33,080 nt of DNA from Hyphomicrobiales bacterium (GTDB lineage Bacteria; Pseudomonadota; Alphaproteobacteria; Rhizobiales; TMED25): positions 1 through 33,080 of the forward strand of contig JADHLM010000003.1 in the NCBI GenBank assembly GCA_016780665.1, given 5' to 3'. Shown here one piece after another: positions 1 through 7,855 of this stretch. How positions within the stretch are numbered: position 1 is the first letter of the stretch; each line of letters opens with the position of its first letter. Below the pieces are notes generated by a model. That model was not told the DNA's origin, did not search any database, and saw only the letters and a list, made by a program, of their open reading frames with translations. Position numbers and translations under genes: made by a program.

Positions 1-144
1 ACTGAAATCGCCAGCTCTTCTTGTAGCGACACGACCACCAAACCCACGTGATTTTTCAAAAAGCTCAACGTCTGCATTATTTTTTATTGTATTAGCAAGA
101 GCTAAACCAGAAATACCCGCACCAATGATTGCAATCTTGACCAT
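1..144 (-). CDS. FAD/NAD(P)-dependent oxidoreductase, renalase-like (N-terminal part; runs off window start)
   Basis: Not in the ORF track. Manual translation from ATG at 144: MVKIAIIGAGISGLALANTIKNNADVELFEKSRGFGGRVATRRAGDFS, with a GxGxxG dinucleotide fold and the FEKSRGxGGRxATRR motif. Confidence 0.85.
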   Translation of the reverse strand, partial: MVKIAIIGAGISGLALANTIKNNADVELFEKSRGFGGRVATRRAGDFS

Positions 145-173
145 AATATAATTTATTTATGAATAACGATGAA

Positions 174-614
174 TTATAAACCAGAGATAAGTTGTTCTAA
201 CTTCTTCTTACTTTTCCCAACAACCTTAGTAGAAGCTACTTGATTTAAGTTGCTTTTATCATCATCCACAACAACTATAGCAATCATGCCCATACTTTTA
301 TGCGGTGAGCATTGATATAAATATATGCCAGGTTCAGTGAATGTAAAGCTAAACTCTTTTCCAACTTTTGAAGGCTTTTGGGGTACATCGGCTTCATCTG
401 GATATGCGATAAATTCCACGTTATGCCCAGGTGATGTTGGTAACCAGTTGATTGTATCATTTGAGTTGATGTATATGACATCTTGTGAGTAGACCATTTT
501 TTCTCCATCACTTCTTTTGTTTAGCATATCAATATCTAACTGGGCTGACTGTACATTACCATTTAATGCTAAAAAAATAATTGCAGATAGCGAAAACATA
601 AAAAATTTATTCAT
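174..614 (-). CDS. Pseudoazurin/plastocyanin-like type-1 copper protein with signal peptide
   Basis: Hydrophobic N-terminus ending VQS-A; Cu ligands in GHNV and CSPHKSMGM (H, C, H, M); GAGG RBS upstream. Confidence 0.9.
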   Translation of the reverse strand: MNKFFMFSLSAIIFLALNGNVQSAQLDIDMLNKRSDGEKMVYSQDVIYINSNDTINWLPTSPGHNVEFIAYPDEADVPQKPSKVGKEFSFTFTEPGIYLYQCSPHKSMGMIAIVVVDDDKSNLNQVASTKVVGKSKKKLEQLISGL

Positions 615-682
615 AAGTACCTCTTTTTTTCCAATGTTAAAGAAACGTATTACCTATGTAATAAGATTATAATAATGCAACC

Positions 683-1336
683 TCATGGTTTATTTACTTT
701 TATAGGATATTTTCTATCTGGATAACAGGTTCTGCAAATTTCACACTCAACACCAAAGCATGACCTTGCTTGACAAAATTCTCTGGCATAAAAAATTATT
801 TGAAGATGTAACTTATTCCATAGACTCTCAGGGAATAATTTTTTCAAATCACGTTCTGTTTGAGTTACATTTTTTCCATTAGTAAGTCCCCAACGCTGAG
901 CGCATCTGTGAATGTGTGTATCAACGGGAAATGCAGCAAATCCAAACCCTTGAGACATAACAACAGAAGCTGTCTTATGCCCAACTCCCGGTAATCTTTC
1001 TAACTCCTCAAATGTATTTGGTACATTAGAATTATGATCATCAACTAATATTTTTGAGAGTTCCTTTATTGCAGATGATTTTTGTGGAGCAAGTCCACAA
1101 GGCCTGATTATTTCATAGATCGTATCTATATCTAATTTATTCATATCGATGGGATTGTCTGCTAATTTAAATAAGTGCGGTGTTACTTGGTTCACTCTAA
1201 GGTCAGTGCATTGTGCACTAAGCAATACTGATATCAAAAGTTCAAATGAGTTTTTATGATCAAGTGGTATGGGGGGATTGGGATAAATTCTATTTAATAT
1301 TTGTATAATATATTTAACACGTTCGGATTTAATCAT
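683..1336 (-). CDS. nth: Endonuclease III (HhH-GPD DNA glycosylase/AP lyase)
   Basis: LLSAQCTD, HhH motif LPGVGHKTA, VDTH and a Cys-rich C-terminus. Confidence 0.95.
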   Translation of the reverse strand: MIKSERVKYIIQILNRIYPNPPIPLDHKNSFELLISVLLSAQCTDLRVNQVTPHLFKLADNPIDMNKLDIDTIYEIIRPCGLAPQKSSAIKELSKILVDDHNSNVPNTFEELERLPGVGHKTASVVMSQGFGFAAFPVDTHIHRCAQRWGLTNGKNVTQTERDLKKLFPESLWNKLHLQIIFYAREFCQARSCFGVECEICRTCYPDRKYPIKVNKP

Positions 1337-1408
1337 TTGTATTTTAACTTACAGTTGTTGTAATTAATCATTATAATCACTTTTCTAGTCTGATAAAGGA
1401 ATTAAGGA

Positions 1409-1843
1409 ATGTTTAAAATTTTTCTAATTTATTTTATTTTATTAATATTCAGCCAAAACACATTTAGCGAAGAAATAAAATGTTCTGCTGATAAAGTAGC
1501 TGTAACTGACGCAGATACAATAAGTGTTTGTGGCTTAAAAATAAGACTAAATGGAATATCAGCTGCGGAAAGAGGTCACATAACCTATAACTCTTGCAAA
1601 ATTAAAACAAAAAAAATAATCCATCAATCAGATGAAATCTCCTGCAAATTAACTGGAGAAAAAACCTACGACCGTTTTGTTGGCATATGCAAATTAATAA
1701 ATAATAATATTATTGTAGATTTACAAGAAAAGATCGTAGGAAGTGGCTGTGCAAGAGATTGTAAAAGATACTCTCATGGAAGATATGTAAAATTTGAGAC
1801 AGACAAATCCAGAAATTTACCTTTACCAAATTATTGTAATTAA
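1409..1843 (+). CDS. Secreted thermonuclease (SNase-like) family protein
   Basis: Signal peptide; DADTI, IRLNGISAAE and YDR motifs resemble SNase DGDT/RLxGIDAPE/YGR; AAGGA RBS. Confidence 0.8.
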   Translation: MFKIFLIYFILLIFSQNTFSEEIKCSADKVAVTDADTISVCGLKIRLNGISAAERGHITYNSCKIKTKKIIHQSDEISCKLTGEKTYDRFVGICKLINNNIIVDLQEKIVGSGCARDCKRYSHGRYVKFETDKSRNLPLPNYCN

Positions 1844-1888
1844 TAAGTTGGACACGGTATTTTATGATATGATATGTTCTCTTAATAA

Positions 1889-1964
1889 GGGGCCATAGCT
1901 CAGCTGGGAGAGCGCTTCGCTGGCAGCGAAGAGGTCGGGGGTTCGAGCCCCCCTGGCTCCACCA
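1889..1964 (+). tRNA. tRNA-Ala(GGC)
   Basis: 76-nt cloverleaf GGGGCCA...TGGCTCC-A-CCA with a G3:U70 pair; anticodon stem CTTCG/CGAAG with GGC at 1922-1924; T arm GGGGG-TTCGAGC-CCCCC; CCA is encoded. Confidence 0.98.
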
Positions 1965-2024
1965 AATACCTAATGTTTAGAAAGCGTTTAAATTCGACAA
2001 AAGCCAAGGCTGAAAAAGGTTTCA

Positions 2025-2288
2025 CTACTCCATAGGCTGGATAGTAAAGACTTTAAAGTCTAAACCCATACTTTTGTCTTTTTCAACCTCTTCCGGATCA
2101 CTCATGAAAGCACCGAAAGCATTAAAGTCTTTAATTTCACCTAACCATACCATTCCATTGTCACCCTCGCGTATAAGAGACCATTCTCCAATCCATTGAC
2201 CAGGTTCACCATTCATATCGTCAGTAATTCTTTTCTGGATTTCTTCTCAAGAGCAAGTGTAAGTTGCTCTAACCATTGTGTTAATGAT
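2025..2288 (-). pseudogene. Small (~87 aa) hypothetical protein interrupted by an in-frame TGA
   Basis: The reading frame of ORF 2025-2216 continues upstream as (I)INTMVRATYTCS*EEIQKRITDD-MNGEP, with a single TGA at 2247-2249. An AAGGA RBS lies 7 nt before an ATC at 2286-2288, possibly a mutated ATG. Confidence 0.6.
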
Positions 2289-2374
2289 AAAATTATCCTT
2301 CTGTAACTATTTTAATTTAGTTTAAATTATATGATTCTTGTGAAATAACTATGACAATTGTACAGTTAATCCCT

Positions 2375-2445
2375 GCAGGCCTTATTTCAAGGCCTGCGAG
2401 ATCACAGATTTCACACCTTAATGTTTCGATGCCATCAAGGCGTAA
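2375..2445 (-). ncRNA. Candidate two-hairpin structured RNA
   Basis: 13-bp stem 2433-2445/2411-2423 pairs fully only on the minus strand (3 G-U pairs). A second, perfect 9-bp stem is GCAGGCCTT/AAGGCCTGC (2375-2397). Both are GC-rich within an AT-rich intergenic region. Confidence 0.4.
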
Positions 2446-2516
2446 CCTTTCTTTTTAACTTCATAATTTTTAATAAATAAAAAATATCAAGCCTGTTTGT
2501 AATTTACATAGTAAAA

Positions 2517-2945
2517 TTAGATGGCATCATTTTTACGGGAGGAGGATGTAAAAGACTCATCTAATGATTTTACTAATGTTGGAGACATATCTCTGAATGT
2601 AATCTTTGAAAAGTGTAACCTTTGGATACAAAAATCGGTTAAGTAAATACCCCAAACTCTTTTGTCACTCGAACGTTCTTTACATATAAGATTAAAATTT
2701 TCCAGTCTCTTTAGATATCTATCAAAAGCTGGCTGTTTGGGTTTGCCAGATACAATACTGTTGTATAAGTTTTCAATCCCATTAATACCTTGGTACTTTA
2801 ATAATCTAAGTAATAACTCGAGCGAGTAACTTTCTTCAAGGAAATACTTTAAGGCCTCATCTTGTGATAAGATGACCATCTTTTCCATTAAGGTAGAGTC
2901 AGTCCACTTTTCCCATTCTATATTATTCAAATCCACGCACTCCAT
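2517..2945 (-). CDS. Putative winged-helix (MarR-like) DNA-binding protein
   Basis: AFDRYLKRLENFNLICKERSSDKRVWGIYLT resembles the MarR recognition helix and wing (L..Le..gli.r.....DkR....i.LT). Confidence 0.55.
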   Translation of the reverse strand: MECVDLNNIEWEKWTDSTLMEKMVILSQDEALKYFLEESYSLELLLRLLKYQGINGIENLYNSIVSGKPKQPAFDRYLKRLENFNLICKERSSDKRVWGIYLTDFCIQRLHFSKITFRDMSPTLVKSLDESFTSSSRKNDAI

Positions 2946-3406
2946 ATGTTATTTAAATCAAAAAAAAAGTAGAGATAAAATAACTTTATTAAGTAACTGT
3001 TTTAACAATTTAAAAAAAACTTTTTTATAAAAATAGCATAGAACTAAATTTTATTTAACAAATATTACTATCTAAAATAATGCGTTATTTTAAATAATAA
3101 TAACTATATATATTTATTTTTATGATCACAAGCGACTGTAATTAATGAATATTATTTATTATCTTGATAGATAGTAACTTATTTAGTTAGTTATTTTAAT
3201 AATTTATAATAAATATTAAAATTTAATTTTTGCAAAAGATACTATCATTAATATGTTTTTTATTATGGATCAGTAAGTTGGTATTTAAGTTCTTTGCAAG
3301 AAGTTTTAGTTCAAATACTTGGAGCACAACCCCAACTTCTCTGTAATATCAATCTTATTGATATAAGCATGTCTATTTGGCATTAGAATTCAAGTCCATC
3401 AACCCC

Positions 3407-3435
3407 AATAATTGCCTAAAATTTAGGCAATTATT
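3407..3435. promoter_or_regulatory. Perfect 14-bp inverted repeat (candidate operator or hairpin)
   Basis: AATAATTGCCTAAA-A-TTTAGGCAATTATT, about 60 nt upstream of the ATG at 3497. Confidence 0.45.
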
Positions 3436-3496
3436 TGATCGTTTGCATTTTTAGTGCTAACATTTATCAATAACTAAATCAATATATGGATAGGTT

Positions 3497-4711
3497 ATGA
3501 AAAAATTATTTTTTACATTAATTGGGATATTAGCCCTACCACTAACTTTCATTAGTATTGCTAGTGCTGACATATACGATGATTTGCAGATGGTCTTCCT
3601 AGCTGATGATCAAATCTTATATAACGAGACGATATCAACTCTTGAACCACAGCTTGATCCTTTGCAGTCAGCATATAATGAGAGTGAATTAAGTTATAAC
3701 TCAATCAATAATGACTATAATATTCTCATTGATGAACAAACAGAATTTGAAACAGAGTTGTTAGCTTTAGAAACAAAAATTGATAGTTTAGCCCAAGAGC
3801 AAGATTTACTAGAAAATAATTACAACGAATTGACTCTAAACCTTGTTGCAAAAGAAACTGAACTAGAGGGTTATCTCCAAATATTTTCTATTCTAAACCC
3901 AGATGATCCAGAATATACTGAATTTCAGAACAGGATTGATCTAGCAGAGTCAGATATGGTAGATTTATTTATTTCGTTAAATGAAGCTCAACTATTGATA
4001 GATAATAATCTGCAAAATTTAGAAACAACATCTCTATCCCAAATTGAGATTGAAAATTCTCTGAATATACTTAATGAAAATATTGATATATCCGCAGCTA
4101 ATTTATCAAGCGCTCTAGAGCTATTTGAATTAGCTGGTAGTGAATTAGCCACCCTACAAGATCAGATAAACCAAACTAGCACGTTATATGATTCAGAGCT
4201 AACTGCCGTAACTAATAAACTTCTCGAACTAAATGAAGAACAGCTAGACGCTCTCTATAGATCCTTAAAGAATGTTTATGATAAGGAAGACAGAGTTCTT
4301 CTGATAAGCTCTAATGATCTCTCTTTAATCATTGAAAACGATTACAACAAAAAACAGATTAATGATCTGACCAAAGCTTACGAAATAGAAGAGAAATTTA
4401 TTTCCAAAGGATATGATCTTCTACTAAAAGCTGAAGAAAAGAATAATGATAAGTTTCTTGAGTTAGCACAGAAAGCCTTTGATAATGCAGACAAGCAAAA
4501 GTCTAAATTTCTAGAAAAAATTGAAAAAGAAGAGGTCAAAAAAGAAAAGAAAGCCTCAGATAAAGCTGAGAAGAGTGAAAAGAAAGCCTCTGATAAAGCT
4601 GAGAAGGCTGAAAAGAAAGCCTCAGATAAAGTTGAGAAGGCTGAAAAGAAAGCCTCAGATAAGGCTGAGAAGAGTGAAAAGAAAGCCGCCAAAGAAGCAA
4701 AAGAGAAGTAG
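3497..4711 (+). CDS. Secreted acidic coiled-coil protein with C-terminal Lys/Glu/Ala repeats, function unknown
   Basis: Signal peptide (MKK-hydrophobic-ASA); long E/L/N/D-rich heptad region; EKKASDKAEKS/A repeats at the C-terminus. Confidence 0.85.
   Translation: MKKLFFTLIGILALPLTFISIASADIYDDLQMVFLADDQILYNETISTLEPQLDPLQSAYNESELSYNSINNDYNILIDEQTEFETELLALETKIDSLAQEQDLLENNYNELTLNLVAKETELEGYLQIFSILNPDDPEYTEFQNRIDLAESDMVDLFISLNEAQLLIDNNLQNLETTSLSQIEIENSLNILNENIDISAANLSSALELFELAGSELATLQDQINQTSTLYDSELTAVTNKLLELNEEQLDALYRSLKNVYDKEDRVLLISSNDLSLIIENDYNKKQINDLTKAYEIEEKFISKGYDLLLKAEEKNNDKFLELAQKAFDNADKQKSKFLEKIEKEEVKKEKKASDKAEKSEKKASDKAEKAEKKASDKVEKAEKKASDKAEKSEKKAAKEAKEK
4544..4687 (+). repeat. In-frame 33-nt tandem repeat, 4 full copies plus a 12-nt partial
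   Basis: Unit GAAAAGAAAGCCTCAGATAAAGCTGAGAAG(AGT/GCT) starts at 4544, 4577, 4610 and 4643, with a partial copy at 4676. Confidence 0.95.
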
Positions 4712-4749
4712 CTATTTTCAGTCAAAAAAAAATATGTCATACTTTTTGA

Positions 4750-6501
4750 ATGAGTTTTGAACAAGTTCAAAAGTATAGCAACCTGTTATCTGTATTTAGA
4801 GAAAAATCTATAGCAAATAAAGATAAACCCTACCTATGGTCAAAGCAAAATTCTGACTATACATCAATAAGCTGGTTGCAAACATACAAAGCTATAAATA
4901 ATCTTGCCAATTATCTTAAATCTATTGGAATTAAAAATGATGCAAGAGTATTACTTGTCTCTGAAAATAGACCTGAATGGCAAATAAGCGATATTGCAAT
5001 TATGGCGGCAGACGGCGTAACTGTTCCAGCTTACATAACTATAACCTCTCAGGATTACGAATATATAATTAATCATTCTGAGTCTATGGTTGTTATTGTT
5101 TCTAGCCAATCCTTATTTGAGAAAGTTGCCAATGCAATTAACAAATTAAAAAAAACAATCCATGTAATTATCATAGATGACTTTGATACTGAAGCATCTG
5201 ATTTCATCAAATTACACAATTGGGCTGATATACAAAAAGAAGTTAATAAAGAAGCAATTGATTTAATAGAATTAGAGTCAAAGAGAAAAGTTAGAACTGA
5301 TCTTTCTTGTATTATTTATACCTCTGGTACATCAGGTTCCCCAAAAGGAGTAATGTTGAGTCATGGTTCAATACTGCATAATTGTGAGGGTGCCTATAAA
5401 ATATTGAAACCAGCATTAGAGCATATTGAAGATGTATTATTTCTATCTTGGCTTCCATTATCTCATTCATATGAACACACACTTCAATTTTACAATCTAT
5501 ATTCAGGAAACCAGATATACTATGCCGAAGGTATTGATAAACTTCTACAAAATTTAGCTGAGGTAAAACCCCACCTAATGTCTGCCGTACCAAGATTTTA
5601 TGAGAACTTACTACAGAAAATTTCTTCTCAAATGAGTAAAGAAAGTAAAATTAAACAAAAATTTTTTTATGACACTATCGCTTTGGGTAGAGAACATTAT
5701 GAAAATGGTAAGTTACCTGTATACAAATCTATATACAACAAAATACTGTCCAAGCTTGTTAGAAAAAAAATTGGCAACAGATTTGGTGGTCGTCTAGTTG
5801 GATTAATTTCAGGGGGAGCTGCTCTTAACTATGAAGTGGGCATTTCACTTTACTCTTTAGGGATCCCAATTTATCAAGGTTACGGACAGACAGAAAGTGG
5901 CCCTGTTATTTCAGTAAACTACCCAGGTAATAATAAAATTAATACCGTAGGTCCCTTACTACCAAATACAAAAGTAAAAATATCTGATGATGGTGAGATA
6001 CTGGTGATAGGCGAGAACGTAATGAATGGATATTTTAGAGATAAAAATGCAACAGATGCAGCTTTTGATGGGGAATGGTTAAAAACAGGTGATATCGGAG
6101 AGTTTGATAATGATAACTACTTGCTTATTACAGATCGTATGAAAGATATTATCGTTAACTCTGGAGGTGATAATATTTCTCCCACTAAGATTGAGTCATT
6201 ATTAATTATGGAAGAAGGAATTTCACAAGCAATGGTTTTTGGTGATGGTGAAAAATATCTTGTTGCAATTATTGTCACTGACATGGATATAAATGATAAT
6301 AAAGAAAAAACTAAAGCAATTATTGATACCTCAATTGAAAAGGTTAATGGTATTCTTTCAGCAATCGAAAAAATTAAAAATTATGTGCTAATTGACGAAG
6401 AATTTACAATTGATAACGAGATGATGACACCATCAATGAAGGTTAGAAGGTTCAAAGTAATTGAAAAATATAAAAAAGAACTAGATAACCTATATCATTA
6501 A
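4750..6501 (+). CDS. fadD: Long-chain fatty acid-CoA ligase (AMP-binding)
   Basis: IIYTSGTSGSPKGV P-loop, LPLSHSYE, QGYGQTE, WLKTGDIG, TPSMKVRR. Confidence 0.92.
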   Translation: MSFEQVQKYSNLLSVFREKSIANKDKPYLWSKQNSDYTSISWLQTYKAINNLANYLKSIGIKNDARVLLVSENRPEWQISDIAIMAADGVTVPAYITITSQDYEYIINHSESMVVIVSSQSLFEKVANAINKLKKTIHVIIIDDFDTEASDFIKLHNWADIQKEVNKEAIDLIELESKRKVRTDLSCIIYTSGTSGSPKGVMLSHGSILHNCEGAYKILKPALEHIEDVLFLSWLPLSHSYEHTLQFYNLYSGNQIYYAEGIDKLLQNLAEVKPHLMSAVPRFYENLLQKISSQMSKESKIKQKFFYDTIALGREHYENGKLPVYKSIYNKILSKLVRKKIGNRFGGRLVGLISGGAALNYEVGISLYSLGIPIYQGYGQTESGPVISVNYPGNNKINTVGPLLPNTKVKISDDGEILVIGENVMNGYFRDKNATDAAFDGEWLKTGDIGEFDNDNYLLITDRMKDIIVNSGGDNISPTKIESLLIMEEGISQAMVFGDGEKYLVAIIVTDMDINDNKEKTKAIIDTSIEKVNGILSAIEKIKNYVLIDEEFTIDNEMMTPSMKVRRFKVIEKYKKELDNLYH

Positions 6502-6508
6502 AAGGTAT

Positions 6509-6637
6509 CTATTTTTTTTCCTGTCTGCATCTTTTTGAGCAGTACTTCACATCATCCCAATTTAATAACCATTTTTTACGCCAGGTAAATGGTCGGTTGC
6601 ATACAGGACAAATTTTTTGGGGTAAATTTTTATTCAT
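6509..6637 (-). CDS. DUF2256-family small Cys-rich protein (42 aa)
   Basis: Below the ORF-track size cutoff. Manual translation [42 protein letters not shown] has the CxxC-RPFxWRKKW-YCSxRC signature; overlaps the upstream gene by 8 nt. Confidence 0.9.
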   Translation of the reverse strand: MNKNLPQKICPVCNRPFTWRKKWLLNWDDVKYCSKRCRQEKK

Positions 6638-6992
6638 ATAGCTGTCTTCTATTCTTTAAGTAAAGCAAATAAGAGATAACTTCATATAAATAATAAGCTA
6701 TAAAATAAATTATTTTGTACTCAAGTAATTTTTTAAGAAATCTATACTTATCAATATTCCCCCAAATTATTTTAAAAGCATCCACTCCAATATGTATTTG
6801 ACTGCCATCAAATACATGTAATCTTCGCAAGATATCTGCTTTACTTTTTAGATTTATAGCCTCTGGTAAATTCTTATCACTTAAATCAATAAAATCCAGG
6901 TTCTTTGGTCGCTGCTTTTTGTAATGATTAATTTCCATCCTACAAATAGAACAGGAACCATTATAAATTACACTAATTTTAGTTTTACTCAT
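6630..6992 (-). CDS. DCC1-like (DUF393) thiol-disulfide oxidoreductase
   Basis: YNGSCSIC CxxC motif, RLHV and GVDAF..IW. Confidence 0.88.
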   Translation of the reverse strand: MSKTKISVIYNGSCSICRMEINHYKKQRPKNLDFIDLSDKNLPEAINLKSKADILRRLHVFDGSQIHIGVDAFKIIWGNIDKYRFLKKLLEYKIIYFIAYYLYEVISYLLYLKNRRQLYE

Positions 6993-7039
6993 AAGAAGAA
7001 AAGAAAAGTTACTAGTGGAACAGAGATTGTTCCACTAGT
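6993..7039 (-). terminator. Rho-independent terminator after the rhodopsin gene
   Basis: 12-bp perfect stem ACTAGTGGAACA/TGTTCCACTAGT (7011-7039), followed on the minus strand by AACTTTTCTTTTCTTCTT. Confidence 0.75.
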
Positions 7040-7047
7040 GTTTTAAT

Positions 7048-7737
7048 TCATTTTGACTCAGATGTTGCAGCAGCCCAAATTACAACACCGAATGCGATTT
7101 TGTTAACAAAATCAGCTAGGTTGTAAATAAGGTTCAGTGAGTCGGCACTTCCTGCTCCGACATACCCGATTACGTAGCCTATAGGATAAATAGCCCAACC
7201 AACCGTAACAATAATCCTTAATGCATTAAATGCTTTTTGGGATGCTGGAGTTCCCTCGCTTGCACTTATTTTACTTGCTTCACCTACGAAAATTTCATAG
7301 ATGATATAAATCCATGCAAGCATTCCAATAATAAATGCCAACCATACATTCATTGATCCAATTTCACCCAGATATCCTGCAATTAGCATAATAACGGATG
7401 CACTTAGCAATCTCCAAAATAATGATGCAGATACAACAGCAATTGCTGCAAGAATTAGATAAAATTCAACAATCTGTAATGGAACTGTTAAAAGCCAATC
7501 AACGTATCTGAATACAACTGGTGACTCACCTGTGGTAACCCATACATCACGCATATAAAAATAGTGAATTGCCGCAATACCAGTAACCATTGCAGCTACA
7601 GTTAGAGATGTCTTCCATTTCCCTACTGCTCTATCTCTTTCAACCCAGAAAAAGAAAGTGGCAGCGACCATCGCGGCTGAAATTATCCAAAAGCTAACAC
7701 CTACTAAATCTGAAGGATTGAGTTGTCCTGTTGTCAT
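7048..7737 (-). CDS. Proteorhodopsin-type light-driven proton pump, predicted blue-absorbing
   Basis: 7 TM helices; helix C RYVDWLLTVPLQIVEF gives the DTE motif with Gln at tuning position 105; His in AIHY; retinal Lys in DFVNK; AAGGGAG RBS. Confidence 0.96.
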   Translation of the reverse strand: MTTGQLNPSDLVGVSFWIISAAMVAATFFFWVERDRAVGKWKTSLTVAAMVTGIAAIHYFYMRDVWVTTGESPVVFRYVDWLLTVPLQIVEFYLILAAIAVVSASLFWRLLSASVIMLIAGYLGEIGSMNVWLAFIIGMLAWIYIIYEIFVGEASKISASEGTPASQKAFNALRIIVTVGWAIYPIGYVIGYVGAGSADSLNLIYNLADFVNKIAFGVVIWAAATSESK

Positions 7738-7855
7738 AGTATTCTCCCTTAAAATTTACTATATAACTCCTACTCAAATACATAGAATATTTGAAAAAGA
7801 TTACAAAAACAATAATTTTTTATAAATTATCAATTATTTGTCTGCTGTAATTGAT

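Noticed and set aside
174-614. Pseudoazurin as evidence of denitrification
   Set aside because: No nirK, nor or nos genes nearby; the electron partner cannot be inferred.
2946-3260. AT-rich tract as the replication origin
   Set aside because: I found no cluster of DnaA boxes (TTATCCACA) and no dnaA, hemE or parAB neighbours.
3434-3460. CIRCE element (TAGTGCTAA resembles the right arm)
   Set aside because: The left arm TTAGCACTC is missing at the 9-nt spacing; no CIRCE was seen upstream of hrcA or grpE either.
4544-4687. 33-nt repeats as a CRISPR array
   Set aside because: The repeats are directly tandem with no spacers, are in frame within a CDS, and no cas genes are present.
4378-4770. 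ORFs 4378-4770(-) and 4521-4760(+)
   Set aside because: Shadow frames created by the stop-free repeat; low complexity and overlapping a better-supported gene.
7774-7794. TCAAATA-N7-TATTTGA palindrome upstream of the opsin as an operator
   Set aside because: Short and AT-rich in an AT-rich genome; not distinguishable from chance without conservation data.
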